Source: an uncultured Acidobacteriaceae bacterium (GTDB lineage Bacteria; Acidobacteriota; Terriglobia; Terriglobales; Acidobacteriaceae). From it: 64,000 bases of DNA. Below are positions 20,069-30,355 of the stretch, piece after piece. The notes beneath the pieces are model-generated. The model worked only from the letters and a program-made list of their open reading frames with translations. It was not told where the DNA came from and did no database searches. The stretch is taken from the NCBI GenBank assembly GCA_963761405.1, contig CAVXHH010000010.1:39215-103214 (forward strand), given 5' to 3'. The position numbers and the translations under genes were made by a program. The stretch's first letter is position 1; the number at the start of each line of letters is the position of its first letter.

Positions 20069-21238
20069 CTACCAATCCAGAATCGCCCCGTCGGCCGCGC
20101 GCGCGACCGAGGTAGCGAAAGTCTCTTGTCGGAACGGATGTTTGGCTGCCTCCGCCTCGTCCACTTCAATTCCCAGGCCCGGCGATTCTGTCTTTGACCA
20201 GTAGCCATTTTCCATTTTCAAGGCATGCTTTACCACGTCCCATCGCCATGGCACGTCGGTGAGCATATCTTCCTGGATGAGAAAGTTTGGCGTCGATAGG
20301 GCGAAGTGGAGTGCGGCAGCGTTGGCAATCGGTCCCAGGGGGTTATGAGGGGCCACGCCCATATAGTAGGTCTCGGCGGCGGCCGCTATCTTTTTTGCTT
20401 CTGCAAGGCCGCCGCAGTGACACAAATCAGGTTGGATAACGTGGCACGCTTGCTGCTCGAAGACTTCGCGGAACTGGTAGCGGGAGACGAGCCGTTCGCC
20501 CGTCGCGATGGGTACACTCACCGCTTCACGCACCTGCCGCAGAGCCGCTATATTTTCCGGAGGAACCGGCTCTTCGCAGAAGTACGGACTGAATTCCTCA
20601 ATCGCATGGATATATTGGATTGCCATCGCGGGCGAGGTGCGACCGTGGAAGTCGATCATGATATCGATGTCGTCTCCTACGGCCACCCGCAGTTTCTCAA
20701 ACATCTGCGAAAACCGGCGGACATACTGTCTGCCCATCAAGGGCTCGGAATAGGGTACAAAGACAACCTTTAACGCTGTATAGCCACGGGCCACTACCTC
20801 GCCCGCAAGATCAATCAGAGGTTGGGAATCAAAAGTCTGATAGACGGCCTTCATATCGCCGCCGCCAAGGTGGGTATACATACGGACTCGATCACGCACT
20901 TCACCGCCAAGCAGCCGGTAGACGGGAACGCCCAGGGACTTACCAAAAATATCCCAACACGCTTGTTCTATTCCGCTGATTGCGCTCATGCCGATCACGC
21001 CCATGCGGAAAAATGAATGGCGATACAGCTTTTGATAGAGGTGCTCTATGTTGCGAGGATCTTCGCCGAGCAGCATAGGCGTGAAATCTTCGATGGCTCC
21101 GGCGACCGCCCGGGTCTTCCACTCGAGCGAAGCCTCTCCCCATCCGAAGAGCCCCGCCTGATCGGTTAAGACCTTAACGAATATCCAATTCCGCATCTCT
21201 GCGTTGACCACGACCGTCTCGACACCGGTAATCTTCAT
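20069..21238 (-). CDS. enolase-superfamily dehydratase (mandelate racemase / galactonate dehydratase-like)
   Basis: Intact at 389 aa. The N-terminal capping domain plus TIM-barrel pattern carries IDFHGR, CEEP and ATGE metal-ligand regions. Confidence 0.9.
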   Translation of the reverse strand: MKITGVETVVVNAEMRNWIFVKVLTDQAGLFGWGEASLEWKTRAVAGAIEDFTPMLLGEDPRNIEHLYQKLYRHSFFRMGVIGMSAISGIEQACWDIFGKSLGVPVYRLLGGEVRDRVRMYTHLGGGDMKAVYQTFDSQPLIDLAGEVVARGYTALKVVFVPYSEPLMGRQYVRRFSQMFEKLRVAVGDDIDIMIDFHGRTSPAMAIQYIHAIEEFSPYFCEEPVPPENIAALRQVREAVSVPIATGERLVSRYQFREVFEQQACHVIQPDLCHCGGLAEAKKIAAAAETYYMGVAPHNPLGPIANAAALHFALSTPNFLIQEDMLTDVPWRWDVVKHALKMENGYWSKTESPGLGIEVDEAEAAKHPFRQETFATSVARAADGAILDW

Positions 21239-21300
21239 AGGGCTCCTGAGCGAGAGGGTGGGACAGGCGCCGATGCCTGTAGTTGGGGGACCTGCGGTTC

Positions 21301-22884
21301 TTATTTCTTCAGCGGCGCCTTTGCGTGCTTCGGAATAGCCACACTCTCCGGGAGCGCCCAGGCGAACAACACGGTGCCGGAGCTGGTCAATAAATATTGG
21401 CGCCCGTCGAGTTCATAGGTAATCGGCGAGCTGCCTATGCGCGACCCTGAGCCGGCATGCCAAAGAGTCTTGCCGGTACTTGTTTCGAGAGCCAGGAAGT
21501 TTCCTGGAGCGTCTCCAGTGAAGGTGAGTCCGGAAGCTGTTGTCAGTACGCCCGCCCCCGAACCTCCCTCGCCAAGTTCGTGCGTCCATCGAATCTTGCC
21601 TGTCTGGTAATCGATCGCCTCCAGAACCCCTTTGCCCCAGAGACCATAATCTGCTCCCGCCCAGCCATAGGATCCATCCGCTGGTTTGTTGAAGTAGAGG
21701 CTATAGCTGGGATGGGCACTCACAATAAACAGACCTGTCTTCGGATCGAAGCTGGGCGACCGGTAGTTGGTCAAGCCACCCTCATCCGGCGCTATCAGCC
21801 GGCCGTCGGGCGCCGGATCTTTTGCCGGGTCAGGCATCGGTTGACCCTTTTTGTCCAGTCCCTGCGCCCAGTTCACCGGCCCGAAAGGAACGGTCAACAG
21901 GTTCTCGCCGTTCGTACGATCGAGGACAAAAAAATAACCGTTCCGTGAACTTTGCAACAGCATCTTTCGCGGTTTGCCGTGGAATGTACCGTCGACCAAT
22001 ACCGGTACTTCCACGGCGTCCCAATCGTGGGTGTCGTGCGGCGAGGGCTGAAACGCCCAGACCAACTTGCCCGTGTCGGGGTTCAGGGCCACGATGCTGC
22101 AGGTGTAGAGGTCGTCCCCGGGTCGGGAATTGCCATCCAACACCGGCGTCGGGTTTCCCGTTCCCCAGTAGATGAGGTTGAGGTCTGGATCGTAGGTCCC
22201 GGCCATCCAGGTGGTGCCGCCCGTGGTGACCCCAGGCCCCGGGGGAGGATCTACATCAAACGTCCACTGCTTCCGTCCCGTTTCCGGATCGATCGCATAC
22301 AAATACATGGGCAAATTATCCAGATCCCCGCCCACCCCCACGATGACGTGATTGCCCACGATGAGCGGCGCCACCGTCGACCAGTAGCCTTTCTTCGAGT
22401 CGTTGAGCTCGATGATCCAACGCACTTTGCCGTCTTTCGCGTTGAGTGAGACCAGATGCGCATCTGGAGAAACCGAATAGACCCAGCCCTTGTAAATGGC
22501 AACCCCACGCTGGCCGATATGCTCCCCATGATTCGGAGGATACGTGTAATGCCAGATCTGGTGGCCGGAGCGTGCGTCGACGGCCCAGATATTATCCGGG
22601 ACGGTAAAGTACAACACGCCATCCACCAGGAGCGGAGAGGACTTAATTCCTGCCTGCTGATTCGTCTGATAGGCCCAGGCAAGGCTTAAATTGGCCACAT
22701 TCTGCGGCGTGATCTGTGTCAGCGGGCTATGGCGCCGTCCGGAGTAGTCGCCGTGGTAGCTTGGCCAACTATCCGCCGGCGGGTGCAGAAGCGTCGCGGC
22801 GTCCACATCCTGCGCCTGCAGTGGATGCAAAGACAAAAGAACTACGGTGCTCGTGAGAAGCAGAGCGTTTCTTAGCAACTTCAT
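21301..22884 (-). CDS. PQQ-dependent dehydrogenase-like 8-bladed beta-propeller protein (quinoprotein alcohol/glucose dehydrogenase family)
   Basis: Signal peptide. The N-terminus ...WPSYHGDYSGRRHSPLTQI is typical of quinoprotein dehydrogenases. Repeated W-containing propeller blades. Intact at 527 aa. Confidence 0.8.
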   Translation of the reverse strand: MKLLRNALLLTSTVVLLSLHPLQAQDVDAATLLHPPADSWPSYHGDYSGRRHSPLTQITPQNVANLSLAWAYQTNQQAGIKSSPLLVDGVLYFTVPDNIWAVDARSGHQIWHYTYPPNHGEHIGQRGVAIYKGWVYSVSPDAHLVSLNAKDGKVRWIIELNDSKKGYWSTVAPLIVGNHVIVGVGGDLDNLPMYLYAIDPETGRKQWTFDVDPPPGPGVTTGGTTWMAGTYDPDLNLIYWGTGNPTPVLDGNSRPGDDLYTCSIVALNPDTGKLVWAFQPSPHDTHDWDAVEVPVLVDGTFHGKPRKMLLQSSRNGYFFVLDRTNGENLLTVPFGPVNWAQGLDKKGQPMPDPAKDPAPDGRLIAPDEGGLTNYRSPSFDPKTGLFIVSAHPSYSLYFNKPADGSYGWAGADYGLWGKGVLEAIDYQTGKIRWTHELGEGGSGAGVLTTASGLTFTGDAPGNFLALETSTGKTLWHAGSGSRIGSSPITYELDGRQYLLTSSGTVLFAWALPESVAIPKHAKAPLKK

Positions 22885-22913
22885 GTGGATCAGGACCCCT
22901 CCCCAGAACGGGT

Positions 22914-23729
22914 CTAATGAAGCGTCTGGATATAAGCCATCAGGTTGTGGATGTCGTCATCGGTGTATTTGCTGAACTGGGCCACGTGAGCGTCCACCGG
23001 CGAATCGACTTTGAACTTCACATCGTCTACACGCCAGGACCGGTACCTGCCCGTGTCGTCCCGCATCCCGATCGTGAATTCGTCCCGATAGGCTAGAATG
23101 CCCGCAATCGTTTCACCCGAGGGGAGGGTTACCGTTACTTTGCTCTTCACATCTCTGGGATACAGCATTCGTTCTTCCAACTGTAGACCTTGATAGCGGG
23201 AGGCGATGCCAGCCAGATCGCCCGTAGGCGAGTGGCATTTCGAACAGCCTCCAGCACCGTCAAAATAGGCCTTTCCGGCCTCGACGTTTCCGGTCTGAAG
23301 GTCAGACACATCCACGCCTTTCCTGCTACCGCTTTGGGCCAATGCTTTGGTCTGCTGCGAGTGGATAAAGGCAGCAAGGTTCGCGATCTGTTCGCCGGAC
23401 AACGGGAACGCCGGCATACCCTTGTCCGGCCGTCCGTGCATCACGACATCCCCAATCTTGTCTCCGCCAACGTCTGCGGAGACTAGCTTCGATCGGGTGA
23501 GATCAGGGCCCGTTTCTCCGCCGCCCGCATCGCGGCCGTGGCAGAAGGCACAATTCTGCTGGAAAAGCGCGCCCCCTGCCGTAACTGCTTCGGCTGAGAC
23601 CGTTGGTACAGAGTTTTGCGTTGCCGGGGTTGCGGGCGCCTGGGCAGCGTAAATGTGTAACTGTCTACCCTGGTAACCAGCGAGCCCGGCGATTGCCGCC
23701 AGGAATGCCAAATCCCGAAACCTCTTCAT
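22914..23729 (-). CDS. di-heme c-type cytochrome
   Basis: Signal peptide plus two CxxCH motifs (CAFCHG, CSKCHS). Lies immediately upstream of the quinoprotein gene on the same strand. Confidence 0.8.
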   Translation of the reverse strand: MKRFRDLAFLAAIAGLAGYQGRQLHIYAAQAPATPATQNSVPTVSAEAVTAGGALFQQNCAFCHGRDAGGGETGPDLTRSKLVSADVGGDKIGDVVMHGRPDKGMPAFPLSGEQIANLAAFIHSQQTKALAQSGSRKGVDVSDLQTGNVEAGKAYFDGAGGCSKCHSPTGDLAGIASRYQGLQLEERMLYPRDVKSKVTVTLPSGETIAGILAYRDEFTIGMRDDTGRYRSWRVDDVKFKVDSPVDAHVAQFSKYTDDDIHNLMAYIQTLH

Positions 23730-24060
23730 TCTTGTCACACCACCTTCAAAATTCGGGTTCTAATCTCACTTGGCGGGCGTGGATCCAGGTAAACGCGGGT
23801 GTGAGGCCGTGCTTCCTTCGGTCATCCCCAGAGTCCACTGATCGCCTCGAAATACATCTTCCGTTCCGAAGAGAGCGCACTGAATCTCCTTACAGATCCG
23901 GCCGAAGGCGGAATTTCGCCCGGAGAGCAGTTTATTGAGGATTGTGCGGAGACGCAATCCTTAGAGATTTCTGATCGCTCCGCTGCTATCGCCCGCTCGT
24001 GACCCACTCTTCGACAGGGAGCTTTGACCGTCGAAGCCAAATCCTCTAAAGTTTCGATTC

Positions 24061-24963
24061 ATGAGACGAGTCTTGCTGCTTGCGTTTGTCATCGCTTCCA
24101 TAACCCAAATGCCGGCGCAGACCGCCCAACGCCCCGCGATTACCGGCATCGCCTTCGCACGCTTTTATACGACCGATCAGGCTGGCGCCGAAAAATTCTA
24201 TGAGGGCACCCTTGGGTACAAACGCCTGCAGCAGGGTAGTACGTTGGTCTATCCGGTGAACGGGTCCCAATGGATTGAGGTTTTGACCTCCCCCGCGCCT
24301 CCTCAGCCGAACTTCCGTATGGCCGCCGTCGCATTCACCACCCGCAATGCAGCGGAGTTGGAGCGTTATCTGGCGGCCCATGGAGTTAAGGTGGAAATGC
24401 CATTGCACGCAGGGGAGTTCGGGGTCCGCGATCCTGAGGGTAACCTGATCATTTTCGTGCAGAGCCGTTCCAACAAACTGGTCGCCGGCGCGCCGCCCTC
24501 GCCCGATGCAGTCAGCAGACGCATAATCCACGTAGGCTTCATAGTGCGGGACGCTGCGAAGGAGGATGCGTTTTGGCGAGATGTGCTGGGCTTTCATCCC
24601 TATTGGCATGGCGGCGGAACGGCGCAACGGCCAGAGTGGCAAAGTGTCCAGGTGCCGGACGGTACTGACTGGCTGGAATACATGCTCAATGTGTCCCCGA
24701 CACCGACTCTAAAGCTGGCCGGGGTGATGGACCATCTCTCCCTCGGGGTGGCGCACATGCCGGATGCGATCGCGCAGCTGGAGAAGAACAAGTGTGAGGG
24801 ACCGAACTGTACCAGCAGCAAGGTCGGCAGCGATGGAAAGGTGCAGGTCAATCTCTATGATCCTGACCTGACCCGGGCGGAATTGATGGAATTCACGCCG
24901 GTTAGGGATCCTTGCTGCTCGCCGTTCCTTGGCAAGCACCCGGGCCCGGACGAAGATAAGTAG
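24061..24963 (+). CDS. secreted VOC (glyoxalase/bleomycin-resistance/dioxygenase) family protein, two-domain
   Basis: Signal peptide MRRVLLLAFVIASITQMPAQ and two tandem beta-alpha-beta-beta-beta-like halves. Intact at 300 aa. Confidence 0.65.
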   Translation: MRRVLLLAFVIASITQMPAQTAQRPAITGIAFARFYTTDQAGAEKFYEGTLGYKRLQQGSTLVYPVNGSQWIEVLTSPAPPQPNFRMAAVAFTTRNAAELERYLAAHGVKVEMPLHAGEFGVRDPEGNLIIFVQSRSNKLVAGAPPSPDAVSRRIIHVGFIVRDAAKEDAFWRDVLGFHPYWHGGGTAQRPEWQSVQVPDGTDWLEYMLNVSPTPTLKLAGVMDHLSLGVAHMPDAIAQLEKNKCEGPNCTSSKVGSDGKVQVNLYDPDLTRAELMEFTPVRDPCCSPFLGKHPGPDEDK

Positions 24964-24995
24964 ACTGAGCGGCCCTTTCGGTAACCTGGCCTTTG

Positions 24996-26942
24996 TTAGT
25001 TGCTTGAGGGGGCTGCATTCTGCCGCGCGCGCGCGCTATCTCGCTGCTTCTCTGTGGCGACCGCCGCGGTTGCATTTCCCGCCAGCCGATACGCAGACGC
25101 CAGGGCACTGTACACCGCCGCGTCGGGTGTGCCCGCGTCCACAGCCTGTTTTAGATATGCGACTGCGGACTCTGCCTGCTGTTGCGCCAACGCGGAGAGG
25201 CCACGCCGGTATAGGTTGATGACCGAGTCCGCGCTATTGGTATAGGAAGGATCGGTGAGATTCCATAGCTGCTGACGGTCTCCCCCGACCAGACGGAAAT
25301 TGATCGCTTGCGACGTGCTCTCACCGGTTTCCGGGTCAGTAACGTGGATGACCAGGCGATAGTTGCCAGGGTGTAGATCGGTGGTGGGAATATCCGTTCC
25401 CATCAGAAGATTGCCCGCGGGATCGAAACCGGAGCGATCTATGGTTTGTGTCTGCTCCTTCTTCGTGGCTACACCAAGCTGGCCGATCAGGTACGAAACC
25501 TGCAAATTTTTCCCCTTCAACGAGACCGGAGAACCTGGCTGCTCCCAGAGCTGGTAAATCACCCTGACCGGATCTCCGCCGGTAAGAGAGACGTTATCGG
25601 CACCCGTCACCGGAATTTTTACGCCTGCAAAGCTGAACGGTTGATCCTGCGCGTAGTCGCGCTGCGGGGTGGCGATCGAGGAAAAGACCACCTGGCTCAT
25701 GCCCAGGGTATGGTCAAAGGCAGGCACCAGAACGCCCCGCGTCTGGGCAAAGCTTTGCTTGGTGACCAAATTGGTCACGTCTACCTTGAGCTGGTACTTG
25801 CCGGGCACGGCGACCAGGCGGCCGGCTATCGCCAGGGGCCGAAGGCGTAACTGATTGACCTGGTCGGAAGTGAGAAAGTCGTGCAGGTCATGGGTGTCGG
25901 TGTAAATCACCTTGCCCTCGCTGCTCAGCAGCTGCGCTTCCACCGACAGCGAATAATAGACCCGTTGGCCGGCATCTTTCCCCAGCACAAAATCGCCGGG
26001 GTTCAATACCCGAAGCAGGTAATGGATGCTGGCCTGGTTCGTACCATCCCGGGTAGCCATGGCAGAAAGATCGCTATAGTCCTGGCCCAGCAGAACGCGG
26101 TGGGTTACGCCCTCCAGCAGTGCGCGCCGCCGCGCCAGCAGGTCGCGGTTTTCCGGCAGGTTGCGATAATCGCGGATCTTGTTGAGCAGCGCATCCGATT
26201 CCAGGGTAGGCGTTCCCGCCGTATTGTCTACCGGCTCATTGGGGAAAAGGGAGAGAGTCAGGTTGGCGACCTCATTTCCCAGGTCAGTCTTGATGATCTT
26301 TAGGGCTGCCTTCGGATCGTTGATCGCATTGGTGCTGTCGATCAGTGCGTCCGGACCGTCCTGGTAGGGAGAGTAAATCTTGAAGTCTTCCGCCCCACTT
26401 TTTTTGTAGAAGACGACGGAAAAATACGGCGCGAGGGCGCTTGCCGGGTCCTGATAAAACCAGGTTTCGATAGGCTTCAGCTCTCTGGCATTCAGATAGG
26501 CTCGCTTCTGCTGCGGAGCACCCAAAGTGATGTAGACCATGCCTCGGTCTGTGCTCCATCCGTCCAATGCCGCAAGCGAGCCAAAGTGAGTATTGGCATA
26601 TTCCAGCCGGCGGTAGTGTTCTTCCCGAAAGGTGTTGGTCGGAGAGTTTGGATCCGGATTACGAATGGCCCAGAAAGCTTCGATGAAATGGTCGCGATCC
26701 TGATTGCTGGTCAGACTCAGGAAGATAGCCTTCTCCTGGTTTGTGATCAGGTAGCTGACCTCCTCATCCAGCCAATGTTCATAGGTCGGCGGGAGCTTCG
26801 CATGCTTGGCTGCCCAGGCTGCGGGAGGGCAGAGTAGGGGCCCGACGACAAGAGCAACCAGAACGCCGGTCGCGTATACAAAACGCTTTAACAATTTAGC
26901 CTCACGTTTGCCGCGGTTTTCGGCTGCAGCAGAAGCCAACAT
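24996..26942 (-). CDS. GWxTD domain-containing protein
   Basis: Contains DGWSTDRGMVYITLGAP (the GWxTD signature), an N-terminal TM/signal segment and a C-terminal TPR-like tail. ATG 26942 chosen. Confidence 0.8.
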   Translation of the reverse strand: MLASAAAENRGKREAKLLKRFVYATGVLVALVVGPLLCPPAAWAAKHAKLPPTYEHWLDEEVSYLITNQEKAIFLSLTSNQDRDHFIEAFWAIRNPDPNSPTNTFREEHYRRLEYANTHFGSLAALDGWSTDRGMVYITLGAPQQKRAYLNARELKPIETWFYQDPASALAPYFSVVFYKKSGAEDFKIYSPYQDGPDALIDSTNAINDPKAALKIIKTDLGNEVANLTLSLFPNEPVDNTAGTPTLESDALLNKIRDYRNLPENRDLLARRRALLEGVTHRVLLGQDYSDLSAMATRDGTNQASIHYLLRVLNPGDFVLGKDAGQRVYYSLSVEAQLLSSEGKVIYTDTHDLHDFLTSDQVNQLRLRPLAIAGRLVAVPGKYQLKVDVTNLVTKQSFAQTRGVLVPAFDHTLGMSQVVFSSIATPQRDYAQDQPFSFAGVKIPVTGADNVSLTGGDPVRVIYQLWEQPGSPVSLKGKNLQVSYLIGQLGVATKKEQTQTIDRSGFDPAGNLLMGTDIPTTDLHPGNYRLVIHVTDPETGESTSQAINFRLVGGDRQQLWNLTDPSYTNSADSVINLYRRGLSALAQQQAESAVAYLKQAVDAGTPDAAVYSALASAYRLAGNATAAVATEKQRDSARARQNAAPSSN

Positions 26943-27064
26943 CGCCGGTTCACGCACTTCCAGTGTAATGGATTGGAAACGTGCAGGTGGCTTCCCCCGC
27001 ACCCACAAAAGAAAAAGGGAGGGAGATGTTTCCATCCCCCTCCCAGTGAATTACCAAACACCGA

Positions 27065-30000
27065 TCAGAACTCGAACCGTATCGATCCGCGGCTATAAAA
27101 CGCGCGTTGGAAGGACTCGGGCTTCAGGTAATCCACGTCGGGAACTCCATAGCTGAGAGCAACGTTCTGGTCGACGGCCGTCAGGGAACGAGAGTTGCTC
27201 ACGTTGAAACTATCAAAGGAGAACTTGATCTTGTACCGCTCACCCAAGGGTAGCGGGTAGTCTGCATGCAGATCGAGTTGATAGTTGGAGGGCTCGGTGC
27301 CGACAGTTCCACGGCCGCCGATCGGCACTTCGCCGGCATCGGTGTAGACAGGATGCGCGCCGAGTTGGCTGATCGGTTGCCCGGAAGTACCGCGGAGGCC
27401 GATGCCGCCGGTGAAACGCCTCATGAACCCGTTGGGGATGGTGTACGAACCGTACAGATTGCCCACCTGTCTCCGATCCGTATTCAGGTAACCCTCCTGG
27501 AACTGCTGACCGAGAAGGCCGAGAACGCCATTGGTAAAGTCATACAGCGAGCTGATGCTCGGGTCCGATTGTCCGTTATCGTTGCGGTAAAGACCCTCGT
27601 AGTTACCGTAGAGTTTGGCCCAACGGTAGTTCGCGCGTAGCAGGAAGTTGTGGCTAAAGTTCTTGTTTGCTTCGAGCTCCACCGCCTGGTAGTGGCGGTA
27701 TGGATTGGAAAAGCCATCGGGCTTTCCGTCCGGCGTAGGGGCACCGGCCGTCAGAACGTTGTAACCGCAAGCGCCACCCACTACCTGGCCCAGAGTGTTT
27801 TTCTGCAAGCCATAGTTGGCAACGTTGGAGCCCGTGGTGTTATTGCCGACTGCCGGGCAGTTGGCCGGTGGCCCAGCCGCTTGCGTGTAAGCCTGTTCTT
27901 GCTCGTTGACGAAAAGGTCAGTTTTCGCGCTTAGGTTCCCCACAACGAACTGCTGCCCGACAAAGCCTGCAAGAGCGCCTTCCGGCGATGCCCCCGACGT
28001 ATCCTCAATGATGCGCAGCAACCGGCGGTCCGTGTAGCGAGCACTCAGGACGAAGCCCTCGTATTGGCGCTCCAGCCCTCCGACATACTCCTCTTCGAGG
28101 TTCAACTTGGTATTGTGCGCAATGAAGATGGGCGACGCGCCGCCGCTGGCGGAAACGTTTCCGCCCTGCTGGCCGGCTGCGGGGTCACCGCTAATCAGGT
28201 GGGCCGCATCAAGCACGGGCACTACGGTGCCATACGGGCCAATTACGACATTGTTGTTTGCATCGGCTTCTGGCTTCCAATTGGCTTGGTAGACATCCAA
28301 TTCATTGGAGAGGTCACGCAGCGCGCCATCCTGCGGGAACGACTGGGTATAGCGACCCCAGTTGAAGAATACCTTCGACTTGCGGTCGCCAAAGGGATCG
28401 ACATTGATGCCCAGACGGGGAGACCAGTTGTCGTTGTAGGTATAGGACTGAGTCGTCGCGTTGAGTTGTTCCTCGTCCCACCGGATGCCGAGGTTGAAGG
28501 TGACAAAGCGGTTTAATGCGTAATTGTCGTTAGCATAGATAGCGTGATATGCCTCACTGGTCTCCGCAACTGGATTGCTGAAGATGCCGCGGGACTGCTG
28601 GAGATAGACCTGTGTGCCGTTGTAGAGAGGGCAGTCGGTGAGCGAGCAGTCGACCTTCCCGGTTGCCGGATCGGTGGCCGCGGGAAGCAGGTTGAACGCT
28701 GCATTCGTCGAGGCGCCTACGAGTGCCGGGTTGCTGGTGATGCCGGCGACATTAACCCCTGCGATGTTGGTGCTCGGGAAGTTGAATTGGCCGCCCGGGT
28801 AGGCTTTTTGCAATCGGTAGATGGAGTGACTGAACCCCCAACCCAAGGAAAGCGTGTGTTGGCCATGGAAATTGACAGTCTTTTCAGTGTCGATACCAAA
28901 GCCGTAGTCGTGGGTGACGGGATTCTGCAGAAACTGGACCCCCTGAGCATAGTACGCGGCTGCCTGGCGAAGGCCGGTGTAGTCCTCGATGAAGTTCACG
29001 TTGTCGAGTGGAGTTTCCGTAAAGTCACTTCGTTTGGCCGAGGCCGAGAGGTCCAACTGCCAGGTCGGCGAGAGGGAGCTGGTCAGGTGCAGCGTTTCGC
29101 TGCGCGTGCCGTAGATCCAGCGGCTGAAAGTGGCATTGCCGCCGACGTTTAGTTGAGGATAGAAAGGGAACGTGTCTTCATTCGCGACGCCGTATCCGGC
29201 ATTGGTCTTGGATGGATCGCCAAAAGCAGACGCATCCAGACTGGTGGCGTCATTCAACTTGAAGGTTACCTTGGCTGCCCAGCTGTTTACCGTTGTCTTG
29301 TTCGTAAAAGGGCCGTTGGCAAAGTTAGGAGACACAGATGGCGACTCCCAGAAAACCTTATTGAGGGCTGGGTTGTAGGCGCCATAGAAAAACAGTTTCT
29401 CCTTCAGGTTCACGCCGGGAACGTAGCCGCCGAACTCTGCGGAAGCGTCGTATTGGGGCTCGGACGCGATGTGACCGCGCACATTCACGCGTTGAAAATA
29501 ATTGTCCGCATACCGTTGACCTGCGCTGAAAGCGTCAGGGGCGAAAAAGGCTGCGAGCGCACCGTGGTACCCATTTCCACCAGATTTAGTGACGATTTGC
29601 ACGATACCGCCATCGCCCTTGCCATACCTGGGTTCGAAGGCTCCGGTTTTCACCTGCACCTCCTGGACGAAGGTTAGGTTAAGGCCAGTCCCTAGAGAAC
29701 CATAAACCGGGCTCCACACGCCCAGGCCACCATAGCCGCCATCGGTGATGTTTACGCCGTCGGCGATGTATTGGTTTTCCAGGCCGGTCGCACCCCCAAT
29801 CGCGGGATTAGCGTTACCGCTGCCGCCGGAGTTGGCAACTCCGGGCGCCGTATAAAACAAGCTACCTACATTTCGGGCCACCGGAACCTGGCTGTAGAAG
29901 GAGCTCGTGAGGTTGGAGCTAAGCGCCGTTGAGCCCGTATCAATACTCGTCTCCGTCGCATCCACCTGGATCGTCTGCGCGACGGCTCCTGCCTGCAGAA

Positions 30001-30355
30001 TCAGGTTCACGCTGTTGATGCGATTGATTTCAGCGTTAAGCGCCTTCGTAACCACTTTGTTGAAACCTTCGCGCTCCACAGTGATCGTGTACGCTCCGGG
30101 GGTAAGGCCGGTCACCACCCAGCGGCCGGAATCGTCCGTGGTGACGCTACGCGTGTCAGAATTGCCTACAACCGTCACCGATGCGCCCGGCACGACCGCG
30201 CCGCTGCTATCGGTCACGAGCCCCTGAAGGCCGCCTTTGGTCCCTGACAGTTCCTGCGCTGAAAGGGTTAGCACGCAGCTCGCGATCGCGAACGCCACTA
30301 GGACGAACAGGCTGCCTATCTTGGAAATACCGCTGCTGATTCTTGAGTTTGCCAC
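27065..30355 (-). CDS. TonB-dependent receptor with N-terminal carboxypeptidase-regulatory-like domain
   Basis: 1096 aa. Signal peptide. GLVTDSSGAVVPGASVTVVG beta-sandwich. Long beta-barrel ending in the aromatic terminus ...IRFEF. Confidence 0.9.
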   Translation of the reverse strand: MANSRISSGISKIGSLFVLVAFAIASCVLTLSAQELSGTKGGLQGLVTDSSGAVVPGASVTVVGNSDTRSVTTDDSGRWVVTGLTPGAYTITVEREGFNKVVTKALNAEINRINSVNLILQAGAVAQTIQVDATETSIDTGSTALSSNLTSSFYSQVPVARNVGSLFYTAPGVANSGGSGNANPAIGGATGLENQYIADGVNITDGGYGGLGVWSPVYGSLGTGLNLTFVQEVQVKTGAFEPRYGKGDGGIVQIVTKSGGNGYHGALAAFFAPDAFSAGQRYADNYFQRVNVRGHIASEPQYDASAEFGGYVPGVNLKEKLFFYGAYNPALNKVFWESPSVSPNFANGPFTNKTTVNSWAAKVTFKLNDATSLDASAFGDPSKTNAGYGVANEDTFPFYPQLNVGGNATFSRWIYGTRSETLHLTSSLSPTWQLDLSASAKRSDFTETPLDNVNFIEDYTGLRQAAAYYAQGVQFLQNPVTHDYGFGIDTEKTVNFHGQHTLSLGWGFSHSIYRLQKAYPGGQFNFPSTNIAGVNVAGITSNPALVGASTNAAFNLLPAATDPATGKVDCSLTDCPLYNGTQVYLQQSRGIFSNPVAETSEAYHAIYANDNYALNRFVTFNLGIRWDEEQLNATTQSYTYNDNWSPRLGINVDPFGDRKSKVFFNWGRYTQSFPQDGALRDLSNELDVYQANWKPEADANNNVVIGPYGTVVPVLDAAHLISGDPAAGQQGGNVSASGGASPIFIAHNTKLNLEEEYVGGLERQYEGFVLSARYTDRRLLRIIEDTSGASPEGALAGFVGQQFVVGNLSAKTDLFVNEQEQAYTQAAGPPANCPAVGNNTTGSNVANYGLQKNTLGQVVGGACGYNVLTAGAPTPDGKPDGFSNPYRHYQAVELEANKNFSHNFLLRANYRWAKLYGNYEGLYRNDNGQSDPSISSLYDFTNGVLGLLGQQFQEGYLNTDRRQVGNLYGSYTIPNGFMRRFTGGIGLRGTSGQPISQLGAHPVYTDAGEVPIGGRGTVGTEPSNYQLDLHADYPLPLGERYKIKFSFDSFNVSNSRSLTAVDQNVALSYGVPDVDYLKPESFQRAFYSRGSIRFEF

